IMG/VR virus record: IMGVR_UViG_3300045988_091501
Span: 32,001-96,000 of that record
Strand: one strand, 5' to 3'
Length of the DNA: 64,000 nt
Source of the DNA: a virus
Part shown: piece by piece, positions 27,272-35,547 of the stretch
Layout of the letters: the number at the start of each line of letters is the position of its first letter
Position numbering within the stretch: position 1 is the stretch's first letter
Program-made: the position numbers and the translations under genes
Notes under the pieces: model-generated
Told to the model about the DNA's origin: nothing
Database searches by the model: none
Seen by the model: the letters and a program-made list of their open reading frames with translations, nothing else

Positions 27272-27850
27272 ATGAACAATAAAAAAGAAAAAGAAGAAGA
27301 AATTTGGAAACCAATAGTTTCATTACAACAGTACAATAAATATTATGAAATTTCTAATTTTGGCAATGTTAGAAATAAAAATCATTATGTTTTAAAACAA
27401 CAAAAGGGAAAACATAATGAATATAGACGTATTATGTTAATTAGAGGGTGTTCTTTTGCTATACATAGGCTTGTAGCAGAAGCTTTTCTTGACAAAGCAG
27501 ATTTTAAATATTGTGATTATGAAGATATTAGCAATATTGATTTAGATAAATTAAAAATCAATCATAAAGATGAAGATCCTTCTAATAATTACGTAGATAA
27601 TCTTGAGTGGTGTACGGATAGTTATAACTGTTCTTATGGTACAAGAAACGAAAGAAGAGCAGAAAAAATGAGAATTCCAATAAAACAATATTCTTTAAAC
27701 GGAGAATTTATTAAGGATTGGGATGGAGCTTACATAGCGAAAAAAGAATTAAATTTCAAAACAGACACTCATATTATAGAATGTTGTGAAGACAAAAGAA
27801 AGACTGCCTATAAATATATTTGGAAATATGCTAATTATGATGAAGAATAA
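27272..27850 (+). CDS. HNH homing endonuclease (NUMOD4 + HNH_3 type)
   Basis: ATG 27272 follows AAAGGAAAGGG. EIWKPI...YYEISNFGNVRNK (NUMOD4-like), HRLVAEAFL, INHKDEDPSNNYVDNLEWCT (HNH). The listed 27191 start adds an implausible leader. Confidence 0.8.
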   Translation: MNNKKEKEEEIWKPIVSLQQYNKYYEISNFGNVRNKNHYVLKQQKGKHNEYRRIMLIRGCSFAIHRLVAEAFLDKADFKYCDYEDISNIDLDKLKINHKDEDPSNNYVDNLEWCTDSYNCSYGTRNERRAEKMRIPIKQYSLNGEFIKDWDGAYIAKKELNFKTDTHIIECCEDKRKTAYKYIWKYANYDEE

Positions 27851-27864
27851 AGGAGATTTTAATT

Positions 27865-28497
27865 ATGGCAAATGAATCAGTATTGTTTAAACGTGGTGAT
27901 AGTGCTACAATTACTAGCACACCAGTAATAGACGGGCAAATACTTTTTGATACAAGTGGCAATGGGAAAATGTATTTAGACAATGGTACAGATAGACTAG
28001 AAATGGGTGGAGCAGTTACAGTTGATGCTTCTCTTTCTAAGACTTCTACTAATGCCGTTCAAAATAAAGCAGTAACAGGTAATATCTTAAATAGTTTAAA
28101 AGAAGTTAGCGCGGCTACACAACAAAATACGATTGCTGGTGCTTTGGCATTAAAAGAGGCAAACAGTGTATTAAAAGAGACAAATAGTAATTTGGGCGGT
28201 TGTTCATTCGAGCAGGAAGGAAATGATTTTTATATCACAGGTGCTGATTCAGTGCGAAAAAAATTGGGTAGAACGGGGACAATCGCTGGTGTTGCCGTAT
28301 ATTTTGACGATCCTCCGCACTCTGTGCTCAAAACTTGGCAAGGAGGTTGCGTAAAATGGGATGGCGACAAGTTGATCGTCACTGTCGAAGATGACTATGC
28401 GCAAGGCCATCTTACAGTAGGCACAGTAATTGGAAAGAGAAATAGACCTCAAACATGGGGAGATACAACGGAAGGGTTTTTCATACTCTGGTATTAA
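27865..28497 (+). CDS. short tail fibre / receptor-binding protein with GC-rich C-terminal half
   Basis: N terminus KRGDSATITSTPVIDGQILFDTSGNGKMYLDNGTDRLEMGG is a common phage fibre N-terminal motif. From about nt 28195 the base composition shifts to much higher G+C. Confidence 0.7.
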   Translation: MANESVLFKRGDSATITSTPVIDGQILFDTSGNGKMYLDNGTDRLEMGGAVTVDASLSKTSTNAVQNKAVTGNILNSLKEVSAATQQNTIAGALALKEANSVLKETNSNLGGCSFEQEGNDFYITGADSVRKKLGRTGTIAGVAVYFDDPPHSVLKTWQGGCVKWDGDKLIVTVEDDYAQGHLTVGTVIGKRNRPQTWGDTTEGFFILWY

Positions 28498-28650
28498 AGT
28501 TCGGAGGTAATATTTATGCGTTATCTAAAAAACTTCTTTAAACTTTGCATTTTGTTTTCCTTCGGCGGATATTTGTACAGTACACATGGAGAAAGTTGAA
28601 ACAGTCGAACTATATTATCTTACTATTTGTGAAGAAGACGTTCGGCGCAT
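28190..28650 (+). other. compositionally foreign GC-rich patch
   Basis: The 60-nt line at 28261 has 30/60 G+C by my count, against 12/60 for the line at 27301 in the neighbouring HNH gene. The patch covers the 3' half of the 27865 fibre gene and the short ORF at 28516. Confidence 0.6.
28516..28599 (+). CDS. possible 27-aa hydrophobic peptide
   Basis: GGAGG (28503-28507) lies 8 nt before ATG 28516. Hand translation: MRYLKNFFKLCILFSFGGYLYSTHGES. It lies inside the GC-rich patch. It is too short to be sure. Confidence 0.3.
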   Translation: MRYLKNFFKLCILFSFGGYLYSTHGES

Positions 28651-28685
28651 ATATAAATTGTTATGTTAAAAGAAAGGAGTTTTAT

Positions 28686-29552
28686 ATGTCATATATAAAA
28701 TTTTTGAATAGTGATGAACACTTAGATGGCGTTGTTAGAGTTGTTGATGAACACACCATTGAGGTTACTGGTTGTAATCAAAATCTAAGTGGTCTACAAT
28801 GGTTTACAGATAGTGATATTATGTTTGGTGATTATAGCAAATTCAAATATGACTACGGTGAACCAAATTTAGGAGATAAAGTATATAAATATACGAATGA
28901 TAACCATAAGTGGAAGAAGCCTATTTACACTACAACATTTAATGTTAATGGTGGTGGAACTGCTCAAGGGGCTTTAACACAAAAGGTTGCAAAGTATGAG
29001 GATTTAGTCATCCCTACAATTACAACAGAAGAAAATTATTTGTTTGATGGTTGGAATCCTGTAATCCCTTCAAGTGGAGATATTACAGAGAACCGAACAT
29101 TTACAGCAGAATTTACTTATGTTGAACCATTAGAATCCGTAAAGGCTCGTAAAATTGATGAAATGAATCAAATTCAACAACAGACTATTGAGAATGGATT
29201 TAACGCAACTTTAACGGATGGAACAGTTGAACATTTTACTCTTACAGGGCATGACCAAACATCATTGCTTGGTTTAGCTGGTCAAGTTCAAGCTGGAATT
29301 GAACAAATTCCTTGGCACACAAGTGACCATGATGAACATTGTAAATATTATTCTAATGCTGATATGAAAATTATTACAGATACGGCTACTTTTTTTGTGA
29401 CTCTACAGGTAACATGGTTTAGAGATTTAAGAATTTATATTAATAGTTTGCAAACTAAAGAAGAAGTAGAAGCTATTGAGTATAATATCATCATTCCAGA
29501 AGAGTATCAAAGTGAAGTATTAAAAGATTTGTTAAAGTCTATGGAGAAATAA
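28686..29552 (+). CDS. fibre-associated protein with Listeria-Bacteroides-type repeat and DUF4376-like C-terminal region
   Basis: ATG 28686 follows AAAGGAG (the track start at 28545 is unlikely). TTFNVNGGGTAQGALTQKVAKYEDLVIPTITTEENYLFDGWNP is InlB-B / Flg_new-like. The C-terminal half resembles phage fibre-assembly DUF4376. Confidence 0.6.
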   Translation: MSYIKFLNSDEHLDGVVRVVDEHTIEVTGCNQNLSGLQWFTDSDIMFGDYSKFKYDYGEPNLGDKVYKYTNDNHKWKKPIYTTTFNVNGGGTAQGALTQKVAKYEDLVIPTITTEENYLFDGWNPVIPSSGDITENRTFTAEFTYVEPLESVKARKIDEMNQIQQQTIENGFNATLTDGTVEHFTLTGHDQTSLLGLAGQVQAGIEQIPWHTSDHDEHCKYYSNADMKIITDTATFFVTLQVTWFRDLRIYINSLQTKEEVEAIEYNIIIPEEYQSEVLKDLLKSMEK

Positions 29553-29553
29553 T

Positions 29554-30198
29554 ATGAGTTATGGTAAGGACATTAGCGGAAGACGGTATGGGAAACTTGT
29601 TGCCATTAAGCCGACTGGTGAAACAAAAAATGGTAGAAAAATTTGGTTGTGCCAATGTGATTGTGGAAATACAAAAACTACAACTGTGACAATGCTAAAT
29701 AGTGGAAAAACTTCTTCTTGCGGTTGTTATAAAATTGAAAAAGCAAGATCTGATTCAACAACTCATAATAAGAGAAATACTAGACTTTATACAATATGGA
29801 GTCATATGAAAGATAGGTGTTATAATCCTAACAGTAAGATTTATAGATTTTATGGAGAAAGAAATATAATTATATGTGATGAATGGAAAAATGATTTTGA
29901 AGCGTTTTATAATTGGGCTATAAATAATGGCTATGACGATTCGTCAACGATCGACAGAATAAATTCTTTTGGGAATTATGAACCAAGTAATTGTAGATGG
30001 ATTACCATACAAGACCAACAAAGAAATAGAACAAATAATAGATTTATCACATATAATAGTGAAACGAAAACTCTTTCCCAATGGGCTACAGAGTATGGGT
30101 TCACGTGGGAACAATTAAGAGATAGAATTGATAAATTAGGCTGGGATTTTGAAAAAGCAATTTTGACACCAATACACAAACATAAAATAGGAAAATGA
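29554..30198 (+). CDS. HNH-related / zinc-ribbon DNA-binding protein (homing-endonuclease-like)
   Basis: 214 aa. RYGKLVAIKP...WLCQCDCGNTKT...SSCGC zinc ribbon, then RLYTIWSHMKDRCYNP...YGERNIIICDEW...IDRINSFGNYEPSNCRWIT, which is a degenerate HNH-like motif. Confidence 0.45.
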   Translation: MSYGKDISGRRYGKLVAIKPTGETKNGRKIWLCQCDCGNTKTTTVTMLNSGKTSSCGCYKIEKARSDSTTHNKRNTRLYTIWSHMKDRCYNPNSKIYRFYGERNIIICDEWKNDFEAFYNWAINNGYDDSSTIDRINSFGNYEPSNCRWITIQDQQRNRTNNRFITYNSETKTLSQWATEYGFTWEQLRDRIDKLGWDFEKAILTPIHKHKIGK

Positions 30199-30199
30199 T

Positions 30200-30670
30200 A
30201 TGAAGTATATATTAGGTAAATTAGGTTTATTCATATCTGTAGGCTTCACTTATTATATGCTAGAATGTTTCTTCCGAGGATATAGTCATTGGTCTATGTT
30301 CCTGCTTGCTGGATTTTTAGGTATATTTGTAATAGACGGTGTGAATGATATACTGTCGTTTGAATGTGACTATCTTATACAAGTGCTAATTGTAACAACC
30401 CTTTGCACAATAGCGGAGGGTTGTTGTGGTTTAATTGTAAATGTATGGTTAGGATTAAATGTATGGGATTATTCCAATATGCCTTGGGGAACATTTTTCT
30501 TTGGACAATGTAATATTATATTCTGTCTTGTGTGGATGGCTTTAGTTGGCTTGTTTGGAATATTTTATTGTGATGGATATGATTATTATATAATGAAGAT
30601 TGATCCTTGTCCTTATTATAAGATATTCGGTAAGGTCTTTTTACGTTTCAAAGAAAGGAAGAACATATGA
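30200..30670 (+). CDS. polytopic membrane protein (DUF1113 / putative ABC-transporter type IV-like)
   Basis: 156 aa with 4-5 hydrophobic segments. LNVWDYSNMPWGTFFFGQCNIIFCLVW resembles the PF06541 core. It lies just upstream of the holin. Confidence 0.55.
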   Translation: MKYILGKLGLFISVGFTYYMLECFFRGYSHWSMFLLAGFLGIFVIDGVNDILSFECDYLIQVLIVTTLCTIAEGCCGLIVNVWLGLNVWDYSNMPWGTFFFGQCNIIFCLVWMALVGLFGIFYCDGYDYYIMKIDPCPYYKIFGKVFLRFKERKNI

Positions 30671-30768
30671 TAGAAGATTTAAGAAAGATTATTATAGATA
30701 TGAGAGCAAATGGTTTGTCTTTAAATACATTGATACGAATAGTAAAAGAAATGTATCGTGTAAAGTAG
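30667..30768 (+). CDS. possible 33-aa protein
   Basis: ATGA overlap with the upstream stop. Hand translation: MIEDLRKIIIDMRANGLSLNTLIRIVKEMYRVK. It fills the gap before the holin gene. Weak evidence. Confidence 0.3.
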   Translation: MIEDLRKIIIDMRANGLSLNTLIRIVKEMYRVK

Positions 30769-30783
30769 AAAGGAGTACATATT

Positions 30784-31152
30784 ATGCAAGAAGCAATTCA
30801 ATTATTAGGATTATTAGGATTGGCTGTTATTAGTAACACTTTAGGTGGAACGTATGTTAATGTAAATATTAAGGATTTTAAGTTCGATTGGAAGAAATTA
30901 GTTAATGGTATCGCAAAGGCTTTAATGATTGCCTTTATGTTCTTATCATTAGCTTATATTTTAGACCAAATTCCTAGCTTAATTGATGTTTTAGGTATGC
31001 AACCTAAGGCTATGATTATTGGTGCTATCAGTATTTATGTCGCTAAAACAGGTCAACACCTAATTGATATTTTTGGACTAAAGAAAGATGAAGTAAAAAA
31101 GGTCGAAGATAACATTCAAGACAAAATTGAAGAAGAATATATGGATAGATAG
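30784..31152 (+). CDS. holin
   Basis: 122 aa. Three hydrophobic segments and a charged K/E/D tail. It lies immediately upstream of the endolysin. GAAAGGAG SD. Confidence 0.75.
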   Translation: MQEAIQLLGLLGLAVISNTLGGTYVNVNIKDFKFDWKKLVNGIAKALMIAFMFLSLAYILDQIPSLIDVLGMQPKAMIIGAISIYVAKTGQHLIDIFGLKKDEVKKVEDNIQDKIEEEYMDR

Positions 31153-31163
31153 GAGATGGTAAT

Positions 31164-32417
31164 ATGACAGTTAAAGAATTTCTTGATAAGATTGTTGATA
31201 ACACCGTCTTAGATTGTAATAGAAATAATCTATTGCCTAGTCCTACATTGGCTCAAGCAATTATTGAGAGTAGATATGGTACTAGTACATTGGCAACTCA
31301 AGCAAACGCTTTGTTCGGTATTAAGGCTAATTCTAAGTGGACAGGAAAGACATATTCTATCAATACAAAGGAATATAAAAATGGTCAATATGTAACTGTT
31401 GTAGCCGCATTTAGAGCCTATGACAGTTGGGATGATTCTATTATTGACCACAACCAATTTCTATTGAAGAATAAGCGTTATAACAATCTTGTGGGGGTAC
31501 GAGATTATAAGGAATATTGTAAACTAATTAAACAAGATGGATATGCAACAAGCCCGACTTATACGCAGACATTGATTGATTGTATTGAAAAATATAATCT
31601 TGCTCAGTATGATGTTATTGCAGAAGAAAAGAAGGATGAAGAGGTAATTGAACCTACAACTCCATTCGTTAAAAGAAAGTTTAATGTTCACGCTGGTCAC
31701 AATCCTAGCGGAATGGTTGCTTGTGGTTCTATTGGATATTTAGATGAGTCCACAGAAAATAGGAATGTATGCAACGGTCTTATTACATCGTTGACAGATA
31801 TGGGGCATATCGCTTATGACTGTACTTGCAATGATGGAACAAGTCAAAAGGATATTCTACAAAAAATTGTTGCTAAGTGTAATTCACATGAGGTTGATTT
31901 AGATATTTCTATTCACTTTAATGCCATTAGCAAAGAAACTGAAAAAGATGGTGTAACCAAGGGTGTAGAAGTATGGATTCATCCTAATAGCAGAGGGACT
32001 GAAACTGAAACAACTGCAAAGGCTATTTGTAGTGCTGTAGCTAATTTAGGATTTACTAATCGTGGTGTCAAGTATAGCAACGGTTTATATGTATTAAAGA
32101 ATACAAAAGCTCCTGCTATGTTGATCGAATGTTGCTTTGTAGATGACCCCGATGATTTTGAACTGTACGATTGTGAAAAAATGGTTAAAGCCATTTTATT
32201 AGGTCTTACTGGTTCTGAGGGCGTTGATAAGCCACAAGTTGAAGATAAGGATTATTATTACACTGTCGTTGTTGGATATTATGCAAATGAAAGCGGTGCT
32301 TTGACATTAAAGAAACAACTTGAAGATTATGGATATTTGTTAAATCCTAATGAAGATGAGTTACATAAGGGGATTGTGACAAGTATACAAAAGATTCCAA
32401 AGGAATACTTAGGATAG
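31164..32417 (+). CDS. endolysin: N-acetylglucosaminidase + N-acetylmuramoyl-L-alanine amidase (Amidase_3) + SPOR domain
   Basis: AQAIIESRYGTSTLATQANALFGIKA...FRAYDSW...GYATSPTYTQ (glucosaminidase). FNVHAGHNP...ISIHFNA...GVEVW...PAMLIECCFVDDPDD (amidase_3). C-terminal YYYTVVVGYYANESGALTLKKQLEDYGY (SPOR-like). Confidence 0.9.
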   Translation: MTVKEFLDKIVDNTVLDCNRNNLLPSPTLAQAIIESRYGTSTLATQANALFGIKANSKWTGKTYSINTKEYKNGQYVTVVAAFRAYDSWDDSIIDHNQFLLKNKRYNNLVGVRDYKEYCKLIKQDGYATSPTYTQTLIDCIEKYNLAQYDVIAEEKKDEEVIEPTTPFVKRKFNVHAGHNPSGMVACGSIGYLDESTENRNVCNGLITSLTDMGHIAYDCTCNDGTSQKDILQKIVAKCNSHEVDLDISIHFNAISKETEKDGVTKGVEVWIHPNSRGTETETTAKAICSAVANLGFTNRGVKYSNGLYVLKNTKAPAMLIECCFVDDPDDFELYDCEKMVKAILLGLTGSEGVDKPQVEDKDYYYTVVVGYYANESGALTLKKQLEDYGYLLNPNEDELHKGIVTSIQKIPKEYLG

Positions 32418-32421
32418 TACT

Positions 32422-32460
32422 ATGGGGAGAGGTCTTAATTGACTTCTCCCCATTTTTTTA
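32422..32460 (+). terminator. intrinsic terminator at the convergence point of the two transcription blocks
   Basis: ATGGGGAGAGGTC-ttaatt-GACTTCTCCCCAT followed by TTTTTTT, immediately after the endolysin stop. Confidence 0.8.
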
Positions 32461-32610
32461 CTTTTTTAGTATTTTAAGAAGCATAGAATATAATTTATAA
32501 ATAAAACTAGAGTGCCATTTATCAATCTTTTGTTGAAGTTTTCGATTGTAGTCATCTACAAACTCAACAAATTCTCTGTACTCTTCTTCTGTAATAGGTT
32601 TATTCTCCAT
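32458..32610 (-). CDS. possible small protein (50 aa)
   Basis: Internal ATG at 32610 (MENKPITEEEYREFVEF...) overlaps the dUTPase stop by 11 nt. The longer 81-aa track ORF would overlap dut extensively. Last ORF before the convergent terminator. Confidence 0.35.
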   Translation of the reverse strand: MENKPITEEEYREFVEFVDDYNRKLQQKIDKWHSSFIYKLYSMLLKILKK

Positions 32611-33163
32611 TTGTTGAACCAAATCCTCCATTCCTTTTTGCTGTAATTTTTCCTTCCTTTGCAAGATAATATTTAGTGAAAATACCTTGTGCAAAAGCAT
32701 CACCTCGTTTTAGATTGATAGTTTTATCATCAAGTGTACTATTAGTTATTTTAATAAAAATATGTCCTTCATTATCAGAATAGAAATAATCTTCATCAAC
32801 AATTCCAACAGTATTATTTAATTGACAGCGATACTTAAAACCAAGACTGCTTCTAGGATAGATTTGTAGCACATAATTCTTCTTCATCTTACATCTAATA
32901 CCTGTAGGAATCTTAACTGTTGTATTAGGCACGATATTCAAATCAATAGGTGTATAGAAATCATACCCTGCACTACCACTTGTAGCACGTTGAGGTAGTT
33001 TGATTGAATCATAAAATGGTCTGATAAATGAATCTAGGTCAATTGTTTTAATAGTTCCATCTTCAAGTTCTCTTGTTGTTTGTAAATTAAATGTCTTAAC
33101 AAAGTCGTTAAAAAATTGTTCGTATGATACCTTTTCAAATTGTGCGACTGTTCTAAATAACAT
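32600..33163 (-). CDS. dut: dUTP diphosphatase (trimeric dUTPase family)
   Basis: LPQRATSGSAGYDFYTP, PRSSLG, GIVDEDY, GDAFAQGIF and a C-terminal RNGGFGSTNGE match dUTPase motifs I-V. GGGAGG SD. Confidence 0.85.
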   Translation of the reverse strand: MLFRTVAQFEKVSYEQFFNDFVKTFNLQTTRELEDGTIKTIDLDSFIRPFYDSIKLPQRATSGSAGYDFYTPIDLNIVPNTTVKIPTGIRCKMKKNYVLQIYPRSSLGFKYRCQLNNTVGIVDEDYFYSDNEGHIFIKITNSTLDDKTINLKRGDAFAQGIFTKYYLAKEGKITAKRNGGFGSTNGE

Positions 33164-33347
33164 TATTTTTCCTCCCGTGTTTATATCTTAATTCCCCAAT
33201 GTCCAAAATCCCATTGATAAACCATAATAATGCAGTGGTAATACACAATACTGTAGAAAATGTAGTAGGTACTTGAAATGCACAGATTATAGCTAATAAT
33301 GACAATGTAAATTTTACAATGATTAAAATAATATTGATTAAAACCAT
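33153..33347 (-). CDS. small membrane protein (2 TM)
   Basis: 64 aa with two hydrophobic segments. AAGGGGA SD. Confidence 0.6.
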   Translation of the reverse strand: MVLINIILIIVKFTLSLLAIICAFQVPTTFSTVLCITTALLWFINGILDIGELRYKHGRKNNVI

Positions 33348-33357
33348 ATTGTCCCCT

Positions 33358-33897
33358 TTACTTTACTTGCATATTCAAATTAGTTACAATCTTAGCACCA
33401 TTGATTGCCTTACCACTTTTAATGTCTTTCTTTAATGCGGTCTTATCTGCTGATACTTCAACCTTTTCCTTGATATATTCTTTAGGCAATGAATTAATAT
33501 CATATACATCAACAGAATCGGATTTACGATATGACAACTTCATTCTAGGTGTTTCCATCTTAAATTCATTAAGACCTTTTGTATCAACAACACCGTCTTC
33601 ATTAGTATACTTCATACGGATATAATTGTCAATACGATTCTTAATACGTTCAGCTAAATTTTCCTTAACTTTTCTACGTTGTGCAATGTTCTTTTCTTCT
33701 GTCTTAAATGCTTCAATGTCTGCTTGTAGGTTCTTGTAGAAACACATTGAGTTCTCAATCTTTTCATTTAAAGCCATTTGAATTTCATCAAACTTAGCGT
33801 TGAAAGATTCTTCGTCAAGCAACTCTCCGGTGTCGGGGTCACACATATAATCTTCTAATACTCTTAGCTGATAATCAATTTCATATAAATTAGCCAT
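33358..33897 (-). CDS. Siphovirus Gp157-family protein
   Basis: From ATG 33897: MANLYEIDYQLRVLEDYM...ESFNAKFDEIQMALNEKIEN...LQADIEAFKTEEKNIAQRRK...LSYRKSDSVDVYDINSLPKEYIK...GAKIV. This pattern is typical of PF05565. Confidence 0.8.
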   Translation of the reverse strand: MANLYEIDYQLRVLEDYMCDPDTGELLDEESFNAKFDEIQMALNEKIENSMCFYKNLQADIEAFKTEEKNIAQRRKVKENLAERIKNRIDNYIRMKYTNEDGVVDTKGLNEFKMETPRMKLSYRKSDSVDVYDINSLPKEYIKEKVEVSADKTALKKDIKSGKAINGAKIVTNLNMQVK

Positions 33898-33910
33898 AAT
33901 TTCTCCTTTC

Positions 33911-34144
33911 TTAAATAGCAAATTTTTTCATTTCATTATAGAAATGAACAATTTCATCTTCATTTACCGAATGAATAACTACCATTGTAGGTTGAGTAAA
34001 GTCTAAACTTAAAACACCTAATAGACTCTTTGCATTAATAACATAATGGTCTTTAATCATATCAATATTTGATTCAAACGATGTTGTGATCTTAATAAAC
34101 TCCTTTAAATCTTCATACTTTAGTTTAATCTTTATACCATTCAC
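33911..34144 (-). CDS. HPr/Crh-like protein lacking the His15 region
   Basis: HYVINAKSLLGVLSLDFTQPTMVVIHSVNEDEIVHFYNEMKKF parallels B. subtilis HPr ([42 protein letters not shown]), including the Ser46-equivalent. No GIHARPA-like His motif. I prefer the GTG at 34144 after AAGGAAGGAG. The ORF is open up to 34225. Confidence 0.5.
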   Translation of the reverse strand: MNGIKIKLKYEDLKEFIKITTSFESNIDMIKDHYVINAKSLLGVLSLDFTQPTMVVIHSVNEDEIVHFYNEMKKFAI

Positions 34145-34535
34145 TACAATCAACTCCTTCCTTAATTTTTGCATGAACCCATTTTGTAGTATTTGTGCTA
34201 TTCCAAGAAGTCCCTCCATTGTCAAAAACGGTTATCATGTTGTTTTCTTTGTCATATCCTGCAAAATGTTTTTTGACATTTTTATTCTCGTGAAAATCCC
34301 AAACATAAATAGGTGTATCAACAGGAACTTTATTCCAATCAATTTCACGTTCTTTATATTCTGAATTAGCCCACTCTGCAAATTGTTCCGAGCAACCATA
34401 TGGTTCTATATTAAATTCACAATTTGAACAATCTGTCCCTTTACAAGGTCGTAAATGACCATTTTGTTTTGCTATCTCTTGACCACTACATACAATATCA
34501 AGAATTTCCTTCGCATACTTTTCTCTGTTTAACAT
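34125..34535 (-). CDS. hypothetical Cys-containing protein
   Basis: ATG 34535 follows AAAGGAGA, just downstream of the deaminase stop. 136 aa with a CSGQ...C...CSNC...C pattern. No family recognised. Confidence 0.6.
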   Translation of the reverse strand: MLNREKYAKEILDIVCSGQEIAKQNGHLRPCKGTDCSNCEFNIEPYGCSEQFAEWANSEYKEREIDWNKVPVDTPIYVWDFHENKNVKKHFAGYDKENNMITVFDNGGTSWNSTNTTKWVHAKIKEGVDCSEWYKD

Positions 34536-34539
34536 AATA

Positions 34540-34977
34540 TTATCTCCTTTCATATTGCCAACCATTATTAGTTGTATAATAAATATTTCTTATACCAAGT
34601 TCTTCAAGTCGTTTAGAACAAGCATTGCATGGTTTTGTAAGCCGTGTAAGTCTTTTACAGCCTTCTTTTTTTTCGCTATACACAAATATACTGCACTTGC
34701 TTAAATCACCCTTAAATGACCTTGTAGCGTGTTGTAGAGCCATAATCTCAGCATGTAAACAAGGTTCATGTTCTTCACTAATATACTCTCTTTCTCCACT
34801 GTGTTCTCTATACTTATTGTATCTCATTTGACAAGGATGAGTTTTTTTAGTGTTCCATCCTATCCCTACAACCTTGTTTTTATACATTATGACAGAGCCT
34901 ATATGTATATTCTTTTTATTGTAATCACTAAATTTACTTGCACTTTTGGCTAACTTAAATCCACGTTCTATGTTCAT
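34540..34977 (-). CDS. dCMP deaminase (CMP/dCMP deaminase zinc-binding family)
   Basis: ATG 34977 follows AAAGGAGA. Contains the HAEIMAL and PCNACSKRL zinc-ligand motifs. Confidence 0.85.
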   Translation of the reverse strand: MNIERGFKLAKSASKFSDYNKKNIHIGSVIMYKNKVVGIGWNTKKTHPCQMRYNKYREHSGEREYISEEHEPCLHAEIMALQHATRSFKGDLSKCSIFVYSEKKEGCKRLTRLTKPCNACSKRLEELGIRNIYYTTNNGWQYERR

Positions 34978-35001
34978 AATTATCTCCTTTACTATGAACA
35001 T

Positions 35002-35030
35002 ATTATACCATAGAATTATTAATTTGTCAA
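35002..35030 (-). promoter_or_regulatory. consensus promoter TTGACA-17-TGgTATAAT
   Basis: Minus strand: -35 at 35030-35025, -10 at 35007-35002 with an upstream TG. Upstream of the dCMP deaminase gene. Confidence 0.7.
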
Positions 35031-35101
35031 CCTATATTTGTTAATCATAATACACACATAGTCCTCTAGTATTATGGTTTAATTTTCTAATTTTTGCCTT
35101 G

Positions 35102-35491
35102 TCAAATATATTCTCCTTTTACATGACCACTTAACACACCTTTAGATTGCAGATATTCCATCCATTCTTCAACTTGTTCAAAGGTGATTAAAGCTGGTTC
35201 AAATGTAGGATTTTTGTGAAGCATATACTGATAATCGTAAGGCTGGCAAAAATCTTCATCTAATACATCAATGCGAATATCTGAACCGTCTTTAGGAATT
35301 GATACACTAAATGAAATATCAAAACCTCTATATCTTTTTGTTTGTGGAAATTTAATAGGTCTACAAAAGTACCAACTTGGTTCATAATGATTAGTAAAGC
35401 CAATTTCTTTCATTTCTTCTTCTGATAAAATATGTGCTTTGATTTTAGCGTTTACTCCATGACTATTTACTTCTACTTTTTCATCAAACAT
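35102..35491 (-). CDS. hypothetical protein
   Basis: AAGGAGG SD and its own promoter at 35516-35544. 129 aa. No motif recognised. Confidence 0.7.
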   Translation of the reverse strand: MFDEKVEVNSHGVNAKIKAHILSEEEMKEIGFTNHYEPSWYFCRPIKFPQTKRYRGFDISFSVSIPKDGSDIRIDVLDEDFCQPYDYQYMLHKNPTFEPALITFEQVEEWMEYLQSKGVLSGHVKGEYI

Positions 35492-35515
35492 AAAATCACC
35501 TCCTTTATGATATGT

Positions 35516-35544
35516 ATTATACCATATAAGGAGGCAATTGTCAA
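35516..35544 (-). promoter_or_regulatory. consensus promoter TTGACA-17-TGgTATAAT
   Basis: -35 at 35544-35539, -10 at 35521-35516. Between the nrdG stop and the 35491 gene. Confidence 0.7.
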
Positions 35545-35547
35545 GAA

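Noticed and set aside
30600-30833. A 77-aa plus-strand ORF spanning the end of the 30200 membrane protein gene and the start of the holin gene.
   Set aside because: It overlaps two better-supported genes. Its translation is R/Y/K-rich and implausible, and it has no SD. The short coupled ORF at 30667-30768 explains the gap better.
32600-33163. The dUTPase N-terminal region as a special regulatory extension, like the extra motif of staphylococcal phage dUTPases.
   Set aside because: The N-terminal F-E-x-V-S...LP-x-R-x-T-x-x-SAGYD layout is common in Firmicutes dUTPases. Only a modest insertion is present, and I cannot judge it without an alignment.
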